Below are positions 8,499-19,300 of a DNA stretch of 64,000 bases, one piece after another (position 1 is the first letter of the stretch; each line of letters opens with the position of its first letter). The translations under genes and the position numbers were made by a program. The DNA lies in assembly GCA_017616555.1 (NCBI GenBank), contig JAFZXZ010000003.1:7162-71161 (forward strand), written 5' to 3'. The DNA comes from a bacterium (lineage in GTDB: Bacteria > Auribacterota > UBA3054). The notes under the pieces are model-generated. The model searched no databases, was not told where the DNA came from, and saw nothing but the letters and a program-made list of their open reading frames with translations.

Positions 8499-9780
8499 CA
8501 GCTATCCTTGAGGTTACCCCCTGCTGGGTGCGGATGTAAGCCTGGCCTCTTTCCACGAGGTCGAAAGCGCGCTTGTGGTCGCTTAAGATCTCGCAGACTT
8601 TTTCCTTCAACTGCCAGGCGTCCTGCGCGATCTCGGCGCCGCCTCTCTGGGCCAGAACGTCCGCGATGCCCCTGAAATTCCTGGTGTGCGGGCCGTACAG
8701 CGTCGGGCGGCCCAAAGCGACCGGCTCGAGCATGTTCTGTCCGCCGCCCGGCGGGAACATGGATTTCCCGACGTAGGCGATGGAGCACAAGGTGTAGAAG
8801 CGCTTCAGTTCGCCAATCGTATCGACGATGAAAACTTCCTTTTTGGGGTCGGTGAATTTTTCGCCCAAAGAGCGCCTTCTCGGAACGAGGCCGCGCTTTC
8901 TGACTTCTTCCGCCATCGCTTCGCCGCGCTCCGGGTGGCGGGGCACCATGATGAGGCCCAATTCCTTGTGCTCTCTTCTGATGAGCGAGAAGACGTCCAA
9001 GATCATGCCGTCCTCGCGGCCGGATTTCTCCAGCGCCGCGCCAAGGAGGATCTCGAAATTATCCGGCATGCCCAGCTCCTCGATCAAAGCCTGGTCGCGC
9101 GGCGCGGGCTCATAGGCCGCGACCGAGTCGAATTTGATGTTGCCGTCGCAGCTGACGGTCTCGGCGCGGGCTCCCAGTCTTAGCAAGCGCCTGGCGTCGC
9201 CCGGCGTCTGCATCATGCAGCGGCCGATGTTTCTAAGGACGTCCCTGACAAAAAGCTTGATGCGGCCGTAGCCGTGGAAGGAGTTGTCGCTTAATCTCCC
9301 GTTGGCCAGAAGAATGGGAACACGGCGCTTGGCTAGTCCCCAGATGAAGTTCGGCCAGATCTCGGTCTCCATTATGACGGCCGCGACGGGGTTAACGACT
9401 TTTATTACGTGCTCCATCGAGAAGTAGAATTCCGCCGGGAAGTAGATGAGTCCGTCTTCCGGCGGCAGCTTCTTCTGGGCGATCTCGTAGCCCGTGGCGG
9501 TCGTGACCGAGACGACGAAGCCGTACTTGTCTTTGAGCATCGGGCGGAGGACGTTGAGCAAAGTCAGCGTCAGGTTGAATTCGCCGACGGAGACCGCATG
9601 GAACCAGATCCTCGGTTTGTCGGGGAGGCGATCCTTTTGCTCTTTGGTCAGGAATCCCAGGCGCTGCCAGAAGTTTACCCTGTGCTTTTTCTTGGAGAGA
9701 AGCACCGGGAGCCAGACAGGGGAGGCCAAAACTACCGAGGGAAGCAGGACCAGGTTGTATAACTTACTGTAATAGGACAT
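8476..9780 (-). CDS. waaA: 3-deoxy-D-manno-octulosonic acid (Kdo) transferase
   Basis: FHAVSVGE and a glycosyltransferase C-terminal half. The start is moved to the internal Met (MSYYSK, ATG at 9780-9778) because the longer ORF overlaps the upstream GNAT gene. Confidence 0.8.
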   Translation of the reverse strand: MSYYSKLYNLVLLPSVVLASPVWLPVLLSKKKHRVNFWQRLGFLTKEQKDRLPDKPRIWFHAVSVGEFNLTLTLLNVLRPMLKDKYGFVVSVTTATGYEIAQKKLPPEDGLIYFPAEFYFSMEHVIKVVNPVAAVIMETEIWPNFIWGLAKRRVPILLANGRLSDNSFHGYGRIKLFVRDVLRNIGRCMMQTPGDARRLLRLGARAETVSCDGNIKFDSVAAYEPAPRDQALIEELGMPDNFEILLGAALEKSGREDGMILDVFSLIRREHKELGLIMVPRHPERGEAMAEEVRKRGLVPRRRSLGEKFTDPKKEVFIVDTIGELKRFYTLCSIAYVGKSMFPPGGGQNMLEPVALGRPTLYGPHTRNFRGIADVLAQRGGAEIAQDAWQLKEKVCEILSDHKRAFDLVERGQAYIRTQQGVTSRIADEIVNML

Positions 9781-9806
9781 TTGAGCTATTATACCAAAGC
9801 CTGAAT

Positions 9807-10298
9807 TCAGAGGACATAAGTCATGATGTAATCGTCCATAACGTAGCCCTCTCCTATGTCGGTCACGACGCACTCTGTCGTCGCGAATCCCCAGTTCCTG
9901 TAGGCCGCGATGGTGGGCGCGTTCCCTTTGTTGACCGTAAGATAGATCTCGGATTTGCCGTGCGCTCTCGCGAATTCTTTGATCTTTTCGAAGGCTAGTT
10001 TGCCGTAGCCCGAATTGCGGTAAGCTTTCAATATGTAAAGCTTCGAGAGGAAGAGCTGTTCCGCTTTCAGCGAGAGCCCGGTGTAGCCGACCGTGACGCC
10101 GTTAGTGACGATGAAGAAGTAATGGTAGTTGTCGTTTTCTATCTGACTTTCCATCGCTTTTTCGGACTGGAACTTCTCGATCATGTACTCCGCCTGTCCC
10201 GAGGGAAGCCTCGGCGTCCAGTATTCTTCCCAGATGCCTTTGGCGAAAAGCGCCAGCTTTTTCAAATCATCGGCAGGTTTCAGATCAACTTCACGCAT
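9807..10298 (-). CDS. GNAT family N-acetyltransferase
   Basis: 163 aa. LYILKAYRNSGYGKLAFE is the acetyl-CoA binding motif A. Confidence 0.7.
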   Translation of the reverse strand: MREVDLKPADDLKKLALFAKGIWEEYWTPRLPSGQAEYMIEKFQSEKAMESQIENDNYHYFFIVTNGVTVGYTGLSLKAEQLFLSKLYILKAYRNSGYGKLAFEKIKEFARAHGKSEIYLTVNKGNAPTIAAYRNWGFATTECVVTDIGEGYVMDDYIMTYVL

Positions 10299-11292
10299 TG
10301 TTTTCTCCCTGGAAAAAATCTTTGATGACGGCTTCGGCCTCCTCAGTGGAAGTCACGGCAACGATGCGGCGCCTGAATTCCGCGACTCCCAGTTTCCCGC
10401 GCCCGTAACAGCAGGCGATGCGGCGGATGTGCAGGGAAGCACCCTTTTCGCCGTACGTTTCCTTAAGAAGCGTAAGGTGCCGGATGGCAAGTTCGCCCTT
10501 TTCGGCGTAGGAGGGATCGTCTATTATGGTCCCGTCTTTAAGGTAGCGCGCCACTCTTCTGAAAAGCCAGGGCGCGCCCATGGCGGCCCGGCCTATCATG
10601 ATGCCGTCGCAGCCCGTCACGTCTATTATTTTTTTGGCGGTCAAGGGATCTACTATGTCGCCGTTGGCGATGACGGGGACGGTCGGATCGGTTTTCTTAA
10701 CGGCCTTCACGACTTTTTCTATCTCGTTCCAGTCGGCTTTGCCGGCGTAGCCCTGCGCGCGAGTCCGGCCGTGCACCGCGACGCATTGCGCGCCACTGTC
10801 AACCATTCTGGCTGCGAACTCCGGCCCGTTTATGGAATTGGAATCCCAGCCGATCCTTATTTTTACCGTGAGAGGAATGGAGATGGCTTTCCTCACCGCC
10901 TTGACGATCTTGGCGGCGGTCTCGGGCTCCTTCATAAGGACCGCGCCGCCGCCCGTTTTGACGACTTTCGAGACCGGGCAGCCCATGTTGATGTCTATTA
11001 GCCCGGCGCCCAGCGCTTCCATTTCGGAAGCGGCCGCGGGCATGAATTCAAGGTGTGAACCGAAAAGCTGCACCGCAAGCGGATACTCGTTGCGGTCGCT
11101 TTTAAGGAGCGCTTTGGTCTTCTCATGCGCGTGGATGACGGAGTGGCAGCTGATGAGCTCGGTATAGAAAAGCCCGCAGCCTCCCAATTCCCTTACGATG
11201 CAGCGCATTGGATAATCGCTGTAGCCCGCCATGGGCGCCAGCGCGATAGGGGGAGAAAAAGTGAGCCCCCCTATTTTGATCTCACTCAACAC
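10291..11292 (-). CDS. dusB: tRNA-dihydrouridine synthase (DusB-like)
   Basis: LAPMAGYSDYPMR, DINMGCP and VHGRTRAQGY are Dus-family TIM-barrel motifs. Confidence 0.85.
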   Translation of the reverse strand: MLSEIKIGGLTFSPPIALAPMAGYSDYPMRCIVRELGGCGLFYTELISCHSVIHAHEKTKALLKSDRNEYPLAVQLFGSHLEFMPAAASEMEALGAGLIDINMGCPVSKVVKTGGGAVLMKEPETAAKIVKAVRKAISIPLTVKIRIGWDSNSINGPEFAARMVDSGAQCVAVHGRTRAQGYAGKADWNEIEKVVKAVKKTDPTVPVIANGDIVDPLTAKKIIDVTGCDGIMIGRAAMGAPWLFRRVARYLKDGTIIDDPSYAEKGELAIRHLTLLKETYGEKGASLHIRRIACCYGRGKLGVAEFRRRIVAVTSTEEAEAVIKDFFQGENNA

Positions 11293-12074
11293 TATTTGCC
11301 GATAGCCTTTTTGTAAAGGGCTTCGTTGTCAGGCAGGTAGGTTTTCAGTTTGGCGATGCGGTTGGCGTCCGAGGGGTGCGTAGAGAGCATTTCCGGAACG
11401 GAGGAACCGCCGGAGGCCATGAAGTTTTCCCAGAACTTGATCGCTTCGTTGGGATCGTATCCGGCCCTGGCCATGAAGTTCATGCCGATCTGGTCCGCTT
11501 CGTATTCGTCGTCGCGGGAGAAGGGCAGAGTGACGAAAAGGCTGCTTCCTACGCCGTAAGCCGCCAAGACGGCGTCTGCGTTCGCTTCGGAGACGCTGCT
11601 GCCGATAACGCTGCCCACAACGTTGACCATTGTCTCGGTGCCCATCCTTTCAACGCCGTGGCGGGCCACGGCGTGCCCGATCTCGTGCGCCATGACGGTG
11701 GCAAGCTGCGCGTCGTTCTGGGCGTAGGGGAGAATGCCGGTGTAAACCGCGACCTTGCCGCCGGGCAGACACCAGGCGTTGGCGGTCTGGCTGTCATTGA
11801 AGACTGTGAACTCCCAGTCCCAATCCATGCCCGGAGTATCCTGCTCCGCAATTTTGGCGATGCGCTGACCAATCGTCTTGACGCGGTTGTTGATGGCGTA
11901 GTCGGTCAGAACAACGCTGTTGGTCTTGTAAACATTGTAGGCTTCCAGGCCGAGAGCTTTTTCTTCCTCGACGGAAGTCATGATGAAAGCCGTGCGTCCG
12001 GTGACAGGAACGGTGTAGCAGGCTTGCAGGAAAAGAGCGGTCACCGCAAGCAAAAGATAGGAAAATTTGCGCAT
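11292..12074 (-). CDS. M48-family zinc metallopeptidase, lipoprotein
   Basis: The signal peptide has a lipobox (LFLQAC). The HExxH motif is MAHEIGHAV, and EYEADQIG lies downstream. Confidence 0.8.
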   Translation of the reverse strand: MRKFSYLLLAVTALFLQACYTVPVTGRTAFIMTSVEEEKALGLEAYNVYKTNSVVLTDYAINNRVKTIGQRIAKIAEQDTPGMDWDWEFTVFNDSQTANAWCLPGGKVAVYTGILPYAQNDAQLATVMAHEIGHAVARHGVERMGTETMVNVVGSVIGSSVSEANADAVLAAYGVGSSLFVTLPFSRDDEYEADQIGMNFMARAGYDPNEAIKFWENFMASGGSSVPEMLSTHPSDANRIAKLKTYLPDNEALYKKAIGK

Positions 12075-12113
12075 ACAAGACTCCTTGCTTATTGGTTTGA
12101 TTATAGGTTTATC

Positions 12114-12143
12114 TTATCAAATTTCAAGCTGAATTTGTATAAT
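12114..12143 (+). promoter_or_regulatory. Possible sigma70 promoter giving a near-leaderless mRNA
   Basis: TTATCA, an 18-nt spacer, then TATAAT (12138-12143). The ATG at 12152 lies only 9 nt after the -10 box and no Shine-Dalgarno sequence is visible. Confidence 0.3.
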
Positions 12144-12151
12144 ATCTGGGT

Positions 12152-14110
12152 ATGGTCAGAAAAGGTTCAGTCTATTTGGCGCTCTGCCTTGTTTTTGCCG
12201 TCGCCGTCTTCGGCGACGAATTTCTTTTGTCCGCCGACGAGGCGGTCAGGATTCTTTCTGCCATTCCGCCCTGGCCGACCAACAGTGCGATAGTGGCGCT
12301 TTCCGGCAGCGACAAGCTCGATCCGGAAGCGCTGACGGGCTGGCAGCCCGGCGACAGCGAGTTCGCCCAGGCCCTTTCCTTCACGCAGCTGAAAAAGGAG
12401 CGCCAATCCGAGCTCACGGAAGTTTACCGCAAAGCCGAGAACGCCTTCCTTGATTTTACGCACGCCAGGGACGACTACAATTACCGCCGCTACTGGGCGC
12501 GCTACGGCCTCTACGACCAGCCCGAAAAGCCCGTCATGGAACTTATGGAATTCCCCTCCGACATGCCGGAAGAGTTCCGCTTCTTTTTGGAAGGCCTGCA
12601 GTATTACTACCGCGACGATCCTTATGCGGCCAGAGAACTTTGGGACAGGGTGAAAGCGCTCCCTGCCAACAAGAAGATCTACTGCGAGAATTGGGCGCGG
12701 ACGCTGACGGCCGACTCGTACTCCGAAAGCGACCCTTACAGGACCATCAGGGAATTGGAGGAGATAAGGAAGGAACTGCAGAAGAAGACGCACTTCGACC
12801 CGAAGCTTGCCGCCTGCCTTTTGAGATGCGAAGCCAGTAGCTACGCCGCGGTGACCAATTATCCCCAGGCTATGAACTGCTACTTCGCCCTGAACCTTCT
12901 CGGTTTCAGAAGGGAGGAAATGATACACTCCATCGCCAACCTCATCATGAAGAGCGAAGGCTCCGACCTTGAGATCGCCGCCAAGAGCCAGGCGGTCGCG
13001 AAAATGACGACCTGGCACGCCGCGACGCTGTATTCCAATCTGCGCTTGGGGACGCTCGACATCGTCGATAAGGAGGCGATCGCAAACTGGCTTAAGGCTT
13101 TGAAAAAGGAGGGCGTCCTTGAAGAAGTGGCGGACCTCGCCGCGGTCGCGGCCTACAGGATAGGCGACAACGGGCTAACAGAGGACGCCATTAAGAGTGC
13201 AAAGTATATGTCGCCGTTCGCGGGCTGGATCATGGCGAAAAAGAAACTATCCGACAATAAGCGCGCTGAGGCAGAAAGCGACCTGGCGACGCTCTTCTTC
13301 AGCTTCCCCAACATGACGCCCGAACTTAGGAACGCCATCGGGCGCGAACTAAGTTTCCTCTATCTCTCCGACCAGCGCTACAAGGAGGCCCTGAAGCTTT
13401 CCCTTGCCGTCGACGACTGGCAGGAAGTCTCCTACATCGCCGAGCAGGTCATGACCATAAAAGAGCTTGAGCACTACATCAAGGAAAGAGAACTTGAGAG
13501 TCCCAAAGACGACATCAACACGCCGAGACTGAAATATCTCCTGGCCCGCCGCCTGGCGAGGGAAGGCGACCTGAAGGACGCCGGTCCCTACTTCCCGCGC
13601 CTTGCCAAAGCCAACGCCGACCAGATCATGGCCTCCCTGGCCATCGGCAAAAACACGGCTCTTCCCGCTTCCGAAAGAGGCTTGGCCATCGGCGACGCCG
13701 CCAGGGGCATCTACTACGGCGGGGAACCGCTCTTTGCGACCGAGAACGCTCCGGACTGGTTCTCAAGCGAAGGCAGAGAGCCGCGCTCATATTTCCTCCG
13801 CGACCGCTCTCAGAGCAGACTGGCGCCCGTTTCTGAGGATGAGGAGAAGCGAGTGAATCTGCACGCCAAGCGTATTCCGGCCAGGCAAATGTGCCTTGAC
13901 AACGCCGTGAGCCAGGTCTGGCTGGCGGTCGAACTGCTGCCGGACGATTCCGACACTCTCGCCGAGCTTCTTTTGGAAGCCGGCCGCTGGACCGAGAACA
14001 GGGACCTCGAAACTTCCCGCAAATTCTACGAGACCTTGATCAGACGCTGCCCCTCCACCGCCCTGGGTCAGGAAGCCCAGGATCTCCGCTGGTTCCCCCA
14101 GGCTGAATAG
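12152..14110 (+). CDS. Hypothetical secreted all-alpha (TPR-like?) protein
   Basis: 652-aa ORF with an N-terminal signal-like segment (VYLALCLVFAVAVFG). I recognise no diagnostic motif. Confidence 0.5.
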   Translation: MVRKGSVYLALCLVFAVAVFGDEFLLSADEAVRILSAIPPWPTNSAIVALSGSDKLDPEALTGWQPGDSEFAQALSFTQLKKERQSELTEVYRKAENAFLDFTHARDDYNYRRYWARYGLYDQPEKPVMELMEFPSDMPEEFRFFLEGLQYYYRDDPYAARELWDRVKALPANKKIYCENWARTLTADSYSESDPYRTIRELEEIRKELQKKTHFDPKLAACLLRCEASSYAAVTNYPQAMNCYFALNLLGFRREEMIHSIANLIMKSEGSDLEIAAKSQAVAKMTTWHAATLYSNLRLGTLDIVDKEAIANWLKALKKEGVLEEVADLAAVAAYRIGDNGLTEDAIKSAKYMSPFAGWIMAKKKLSDNKRAEAESDLATLFFSFPNMTPELRNAIGRELSFLYLSDQRYKEALKLSLAVDDWQEVSYIAEQVMTIKELEHYIKERELESPKDDINTPRLKYLLARRLAREGDLKDAGPYFPRLAKANADQIMASLAIGKNTALPASERGLAIGDAARGIYYGGEPLFATENAPDWFSSEGREPRSYFLRDRSQSRLAPVSEDEEKRVNLHAKRIPARQMCLDNAVSQVWLAVELLPDDSDTLAELLLEAGRWTENRDLETSRKFYETLIRRCPSTALGQEAQDLRWFPQAE

Positions 14111-14210
14111 TCCTCATTTTTCCGGCTTTTTCGCCCTTGAGGCCGTTTTCTAATTTATGCTAAAATAAATAGATAATGGTTAATTGTTTACTTTTTTAGG
14201 AGCTTTAACA

Positions 14211-15056
14211 ATGATGAAATATTTGGCCATAGCGCTAATCGTTCTTCTTTGCGCCCTTTGCCCCTACCTTTTGGGCAAAATGAGCGTTTCCGGGATCGAG
14301 GAGCGCTACAGGAACGCCTGTTATGAGCTTGGGATCAACCCGAGGCCGTTTAACGTTGAAAGCGGCTTCCTTTCCTCTTCGCTTACGTTAGATGAGCCTT
14401 TGTCCACTACTATCTCCTCCATGGGGCTGGCTCCGGAGGCCGTGGATTTTTTCCGGGATTACGACCTCAGCCTGAAGATAGACGTCACGCACGGGCCCAT
14501 GCATTTCATCAAAAGCGCCGAGCACACCGTTCTCACGCTCAGAGGTCCGGATTGGCAGATCACGGGCGAGGAATGGCGCACCAACAGGTTTTCCGCTCCT
14601 TCTGAACGCTACGTCAGACTTTACGACAAAGTGCTGGAAACGGAAGGCGTAACTTTCTGCATCAGCAATTTCTGGCTGAAGGACAACGGGCCGGGCGCGG
14701 AATTGACAGCCGGCGCTTTTTCTGTCTGGCCGGGCCTTTCCATATCCGGATTGAAATACGTTTCCGAAACGTCGGAAGACGAACGGACTTCCGGCGATCT
14801 TACGGTTGCTTCGGTGCGTTTCGAGGAAGGAGAGATCTCCAATCTTTTCGTGAAGGTGGAATCCAAGCCCGTCATCAAGGGCGGCTCTCAGAAAGATCTC
14901 CGCTGTCAGATCCTGAAGGGAACGGGCTCTCTGGGAGACTTGGTCGGCAGAAAGGTCGAGTTTGAAACGAAAGACCGCTTTTTCTCCCGGCTCGTCCGCT
15001 TTTTCCTGGACGAGGAAAGTTTTGAAAGTTTAATGATAGGAGGCGGAGATGACTAA
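14211..15056 (+). CDS. Membrane-anchored DUF945 (YdgA)-like protein
   Basis: AGGAG sits 8 nt before the ATG at 14211. There is an N-terminal TM segment. ESGFLSSSLTL...DVTHGPMHF resembles the YdgA-family RGxFSS...HGP pattern. Confidence 0.45.
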   Translation: MMKYLAIALIVLLCALCPYLLGKMSVSGIEERYRNACYELGINPRPFNVESGFLSSSLTLDEPLSTTISSMGLAPEAVDFFRDYDLSLKIDVTHGPMHFIKSAEHTVLTLRGPDWQITGEEWRTNRFSAPSERYVRLYDKVLETEGVTFCISNFWLKDNGPGAELTAGAFSVWPGLSISGLKYVSETSEDERTSGDLTVASVRFEEGEISNLFVKVESKPVIKGGSQKDLRCQILKGTGSLGDLVGRKVEFETKDRFFSRLVRFFLDEESFESLMIGGGDD

Positions 15057-16317
15057 AAAATTGATCAAGACGGCAATTGTCGTTCTGCTTGTTATCCTTG
15101 TTTTGCTTCCCTACATCAACGGCTGCCTGGCCGAGCGGGAGATAAGGAATTTCTTCAAACGTTCCCCCGTAGGCGAGGAAGCGGTGAGGTATTACGAAAG
15201 GGGATATTTCAAGTCTGACTGCATGGTGGAATTCGACGGCTATGAGCTGATGACGAGGACGCTTTCCGAAAAGGAACTGGCGAACCTTAAGCCGATCCTG
15301 ACCAACATCGTTTTGCAGTCCGACTTTGCCATCTACCACTGCCCCTCCCTAAAGGACAAGACTTTCTACTGCAAGGGCGAAGGCAAGACCGTCGTCAAAG
15401 CGCCCGGCAACATCATAAAAAACATCGACCTCAAGGCCAGTCTTGGCTGGGACGCCTGCATCAGGGCGACTTTCAGGATCCCGGGCGGCTCCATTGAAGC
15501 CGAAAAACTTGGCGAAGTCTTCCCGGAATACGAATGGCTCTCCTATAACTGCGAGCTAAGCGACATCAATGGTGAGATGAAGATCCCCCTGGGCGGCAGG
15601 GAAGCGACCTTTAAGCTTTGCGCCAACGGGTTGCAGTCCGCCGCCGGAAGCTTCACCAATTTCGTCCTGCAGGGCTCGAGCCGCGTGATAAATGAGAACG
15701 TCAGGGCCTACTGCTTCACCGGCGACCTTGAGAACGTGCAAGGCAAGGGCTTCAATGCCAAGAACGGCAAGCTTTTCTTGAACGGCAGCGTCAGCAACAA
15801 GCTGCACAACATAACTATCGATCTCAATTCCGAAACTCAGATCGAGGACAAGACTTTGCCCGTCGATCTCAAGCTTCAGCTTAAGAACTGCAATATCGAA
15901 AAGCTGAACGAGATCAGGACGACGGTTACGAGCTTAAAGCAGCAGCGCAATACCGGCATCAGCCTCAACGTTATCTCGAAGTTCGCTGACGTTATGGAAA
16001 GCGCTAAGGAATTTTTGAAGTGCGGCCCCATGTTCGATTGCGCCGGCGTTGTCACTATGCCGGAAGGTGACGGCACTTTGAAATTCCGTGTTGACACCTC
16101 GAAGGTGAAGCTCAACAACTGGCGCGACATCTTCCGCCTGCAGGACAATCTCAGCGGCGGGCTCGACCTTATCGTGCCGGCCGCGTCCCTGAAGGAAGGC
16201 GGAACGATGAACGAGCTTTTCAACGCCACGGAAGACGCGCTGATGGGCCAGGCAGTCACGAGCAACGGCTATTACGTCATACACAAGGATCTCAGAAATA
16301 TTGTTAACGGCAGATAA
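15049..16317 (+). CDS. Membrane-anchored DUF945 (YdgA)-like protein, second copy
   Basis: N-terminal TM segment (AIVVLLVILVLL). YERGYFKSDCMVEF...IYHCP is a weaker match to the same pattern. It overlaps the upstream gene by 8 nt. Confidence 0.4.
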   Translation: MTKKLIKTAIVVLLVILVLLPYINGCLAEREIRNFFKRSPVGEEAVRYYERGYFKSDCMVEFDGYELMTRTLSEKELANLKPILTNIVLQSDFAIYHCPSLKDKTFYCKGEGKTVVKAPGNIIKNIDLKASLGWDACIRATFRIPGGSIEAEKLGEVFPEYEWLSYNCELSDINGEMKIPLGGREATFKLCANGLQSAAGSFTNFVLQGSSRVINENVRAYCFTGDLENVQGKGFNAKNGKLFLNGSVSNKLHNITIDLNSETQIEDKTLPVDLKLQLKNCNIEKLNEIRTTVTSLKQQRNTGISLNVISKFADVMESAKEFLKCGPMFDCAGVVTMPEGDGTLKFRVDTSKVKLNNWRDIFRLQDNLSGGLDLIVPAASLKEGGTMNELFNATEDALMGQAVTSNGYYVIHKDLRNIVNGR

Positions 16318-19300
16318 ATGTCAGGAAAAACTATGAAACGCATTCTTTTTTGTGCAACGCTTTTGACGGCTCTTTCTCTCTCCGCCGTCAGGATCACGGA
16401 GTTCATGGCTTCCAACAAGGGAACGATCAAAGACTCTTTCGGCGAAAGCTCCGACTGGGTCGAGCTCTACAACGACGGGGAAACGTTCTCGCTGGACGGC
16501 TGGAGCCTGACGGACAACGAGACTAAGCCGAGGAAATGGGAATTCCCCGCCACCAATTTCGTGGCCGGGACTTATATGCTCGTCTGGTGTTCGGACAGGG
16601 AGATCTCTCAGCCCGGGCAGGAAATGCACACCGGCTTCAAGCTCTCCGCCAGCGGCGAATACTTAGGCCTCTATGACAGCGAAGGGCAGGTCGCAAGCGA
16701 ATACAAGCCGACGTTCCCCGTGCAGTACGAGGATGTTTCTTACGGCGACGGCTGCGTCACTGCCACCCAGGAAATTATTCTGCGCTCCACCAACTCTTTT
16801 TGCCGCGTTCTGGTCCCCACCGACGACAGTCTCGAGACATCCTGGTACCGTTCCACCTTCGACGACTCGGGTTGGAGATCAGGCAATTCCGGCGTCGGCT
16901 ATGAGAAGAGCCCCGGCAGCTCCACCGACGTCACAGACTATGTCGGCATCAACGTTATGGACGACATGTACGGCAAGAACGGCACCTGCTTCATCCGCAT
17001 GCCCTTCAACGTCGCCGAGAAGCCGAATCTGCAGAAGCTCGTTTTGAGGATGCTCTACGACGACGGCTTCGTCGCCTACTTAAACGGCGTGGAAGTCGCG
17101 AGAGTCAACGCTCCGCCGACCGTCAGCTGGGAGTCCTGCTCGCCCACCTACCACAACGAATCCAACATTCTGAGATTCGAGGACGTGGACATCACCGATT
17201 ACATCAGCCTTGTCAGGAAAGGCAAGAACGTTTTGTGCATCCACGGCCTCAACGACACCACCACCAGCACAGACTTCCTGATGGACGCGGAACTGAGGGG
17301 CAAGGGCGTCGAGAGCATGCAGTTCAAGGAGAGAGGATATTTCACTGATCCTACGCCAGGCCGCGTCAACGGCGAAGCCTACGAGGAATTTTTGCAGCCG
17401 CCCGTCTTCAGCCATGACTCCGGCTTTTACGAGGACTCTTTTGATCTGACGATCACTTCCCCCGACGAGGGCACAACGATCCGCTACACCCTGGACGCCA
17501 CGGAGCCCACGACCTCTAACGGCCGCACATACACCGCTCCTCTTCGCATCGACGAGACAACAGTTCTGAGAGTGGGCGTTTTCAAGACCGGCGCCTACAG
17601 GCCGAGGACGACCGCCAAGACTTATGTTTTCCTAGACGACGTCATCGCTCAGCCAAGCGGTGTCAGGCCCGGCACTCAGTGGCCAAGCGGTTCCATCAAC
17701 AACCAGAAGTTCGACTACGGCATGGATACGAGGATAACTCAGTCCGCCCGCTACGGTGGTCTGATGAGGGATGCTTTCGAACAGATCCCCATGCTCTCAA
17801 TAGTCGTCTCGCCCGGAAACCTCTTCAACTCTAGTACCGGCATCTACGTCAACCCCTGGCAGGATGGCCGCAACTGGGAGCGCTTCGCCCAGCTTAACTA
17901 TCTGACGCACGACGAAACGCCGGGCTTTTCTGTCAACTGCGGGCTTAGGATAAGGGGCGGCGCGTCCCGCTCTTCCGGCAACGCCAAGCACTCCTGGCGT
18001 CTTTTCTTCCGTAGAGAGTACGGCGACTCCAAGCTTGAGTATCCGCTCTTCGGCTCCGAGGGCGCCCCGGCATTCGACAAGGTTGACTTAAGGACCGCCC
18101 AGAACTATTCCTGGAGCTGCGAAGGCGGCAACGACGCCAGGGAATGCATCATGTGCCGCGACGTCTTCGCCCGCGACATGCAGCGCGAGATGGGCGAACC
18201 GTACACCAGGAGCAGATATTTTCATTTGCTTCTGAACGGCCATTACTGGGGCCTCTACCAGTTCCAGGAAAGGGCGGAGGAACATTTCGCCGAGACGTAC
18301 TTCGGCGGCGACAAGGAAGACTACGACGTCATCAAGCCGGACGGCTACGTTGCCACGGTCAACAGCGGCAACATGGACGCCTGGAGAACGCTCTGGCAGA
18401 TGGCCAGGGACGGCTTCACGGAAGAGACTTACATGAAGGCGGTGGGCCGCAACCCCGACGGCACCAGGAACCGCACCTATCCCGTTGTCCTTGACCCCAC
18501 CAATCTGGCGGACTACACCATCATAAACAACTTCCTGGGCAACACCGACGGTCCCCTGACCATGACGGACAGCGGCCCCAACAACTTCTTCGCCATCTAC
18601 GACCGCGTGAAGCAGGGCGGCTTCAAGTATTTCTGCCACGACACCGAGCACGCCATGGTGAAGATGTATCTGAGGACCGACAAGACCGGCAATATAACCA
18701 CCGGCCGCGACGGCACGGGCGCCTTCAATCCTCGCTACCTCCACCAGAGGCTCTGTGCGGTCGACAGTTACAAGCGCGTCTTCCAGTCCAGAGTCAACAA
18801 GCATTATTTCAACGAGGGCATGCTGACGCCCGAAAAAGCCTCGAAGCTTCTCTTATTGCGCGTCCACGAGATCGACAAGGCCATCATCTGCGAATCGGCC
18901 CGCTGGGGCGACGTCAGGACGGACTGCCGGCAGTATCAGCCGCTTAACCGCGACGACCACTGGTGGCCCGAGATCAATTGGATCACCAACACCTTCTTCC
19001 CAACCAGGAACGAAGTGAACATTACCCAATTCAGGAACCGCGGCTGGTATCCCTCCATCGCGCCTCCCAGGATCTATCCCAACGGCGGCAGGGTGATGTC
19101 CGGCACGAAAGTGACGCTCTCCGGCGAGACGTACGTCAAATACACTACGGACGGAAGCGACCCCTACACCTCATCCACGGCTAAGCGCTACACCGGTCCT
19201 TTGACGATCGACAAGCCTACCTACATTCGCTGCACCTACGATCCGGCTTACAGCGATTCTCCCATGGACGTTTCCGCTTACTTTACCCTGGCGGAGAAGA

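Noticed and set aside
8476-9873. Full-length 465-aa version of the waaA ORF
   Set aside because: The first 31 codons (MRRDRHRRGLRYGRL…) overlap the 3' end of the GNAT gene and look non-genic. The internal Met at 9780 gives a normal Kdo-transferase N-terminal membrane segment.
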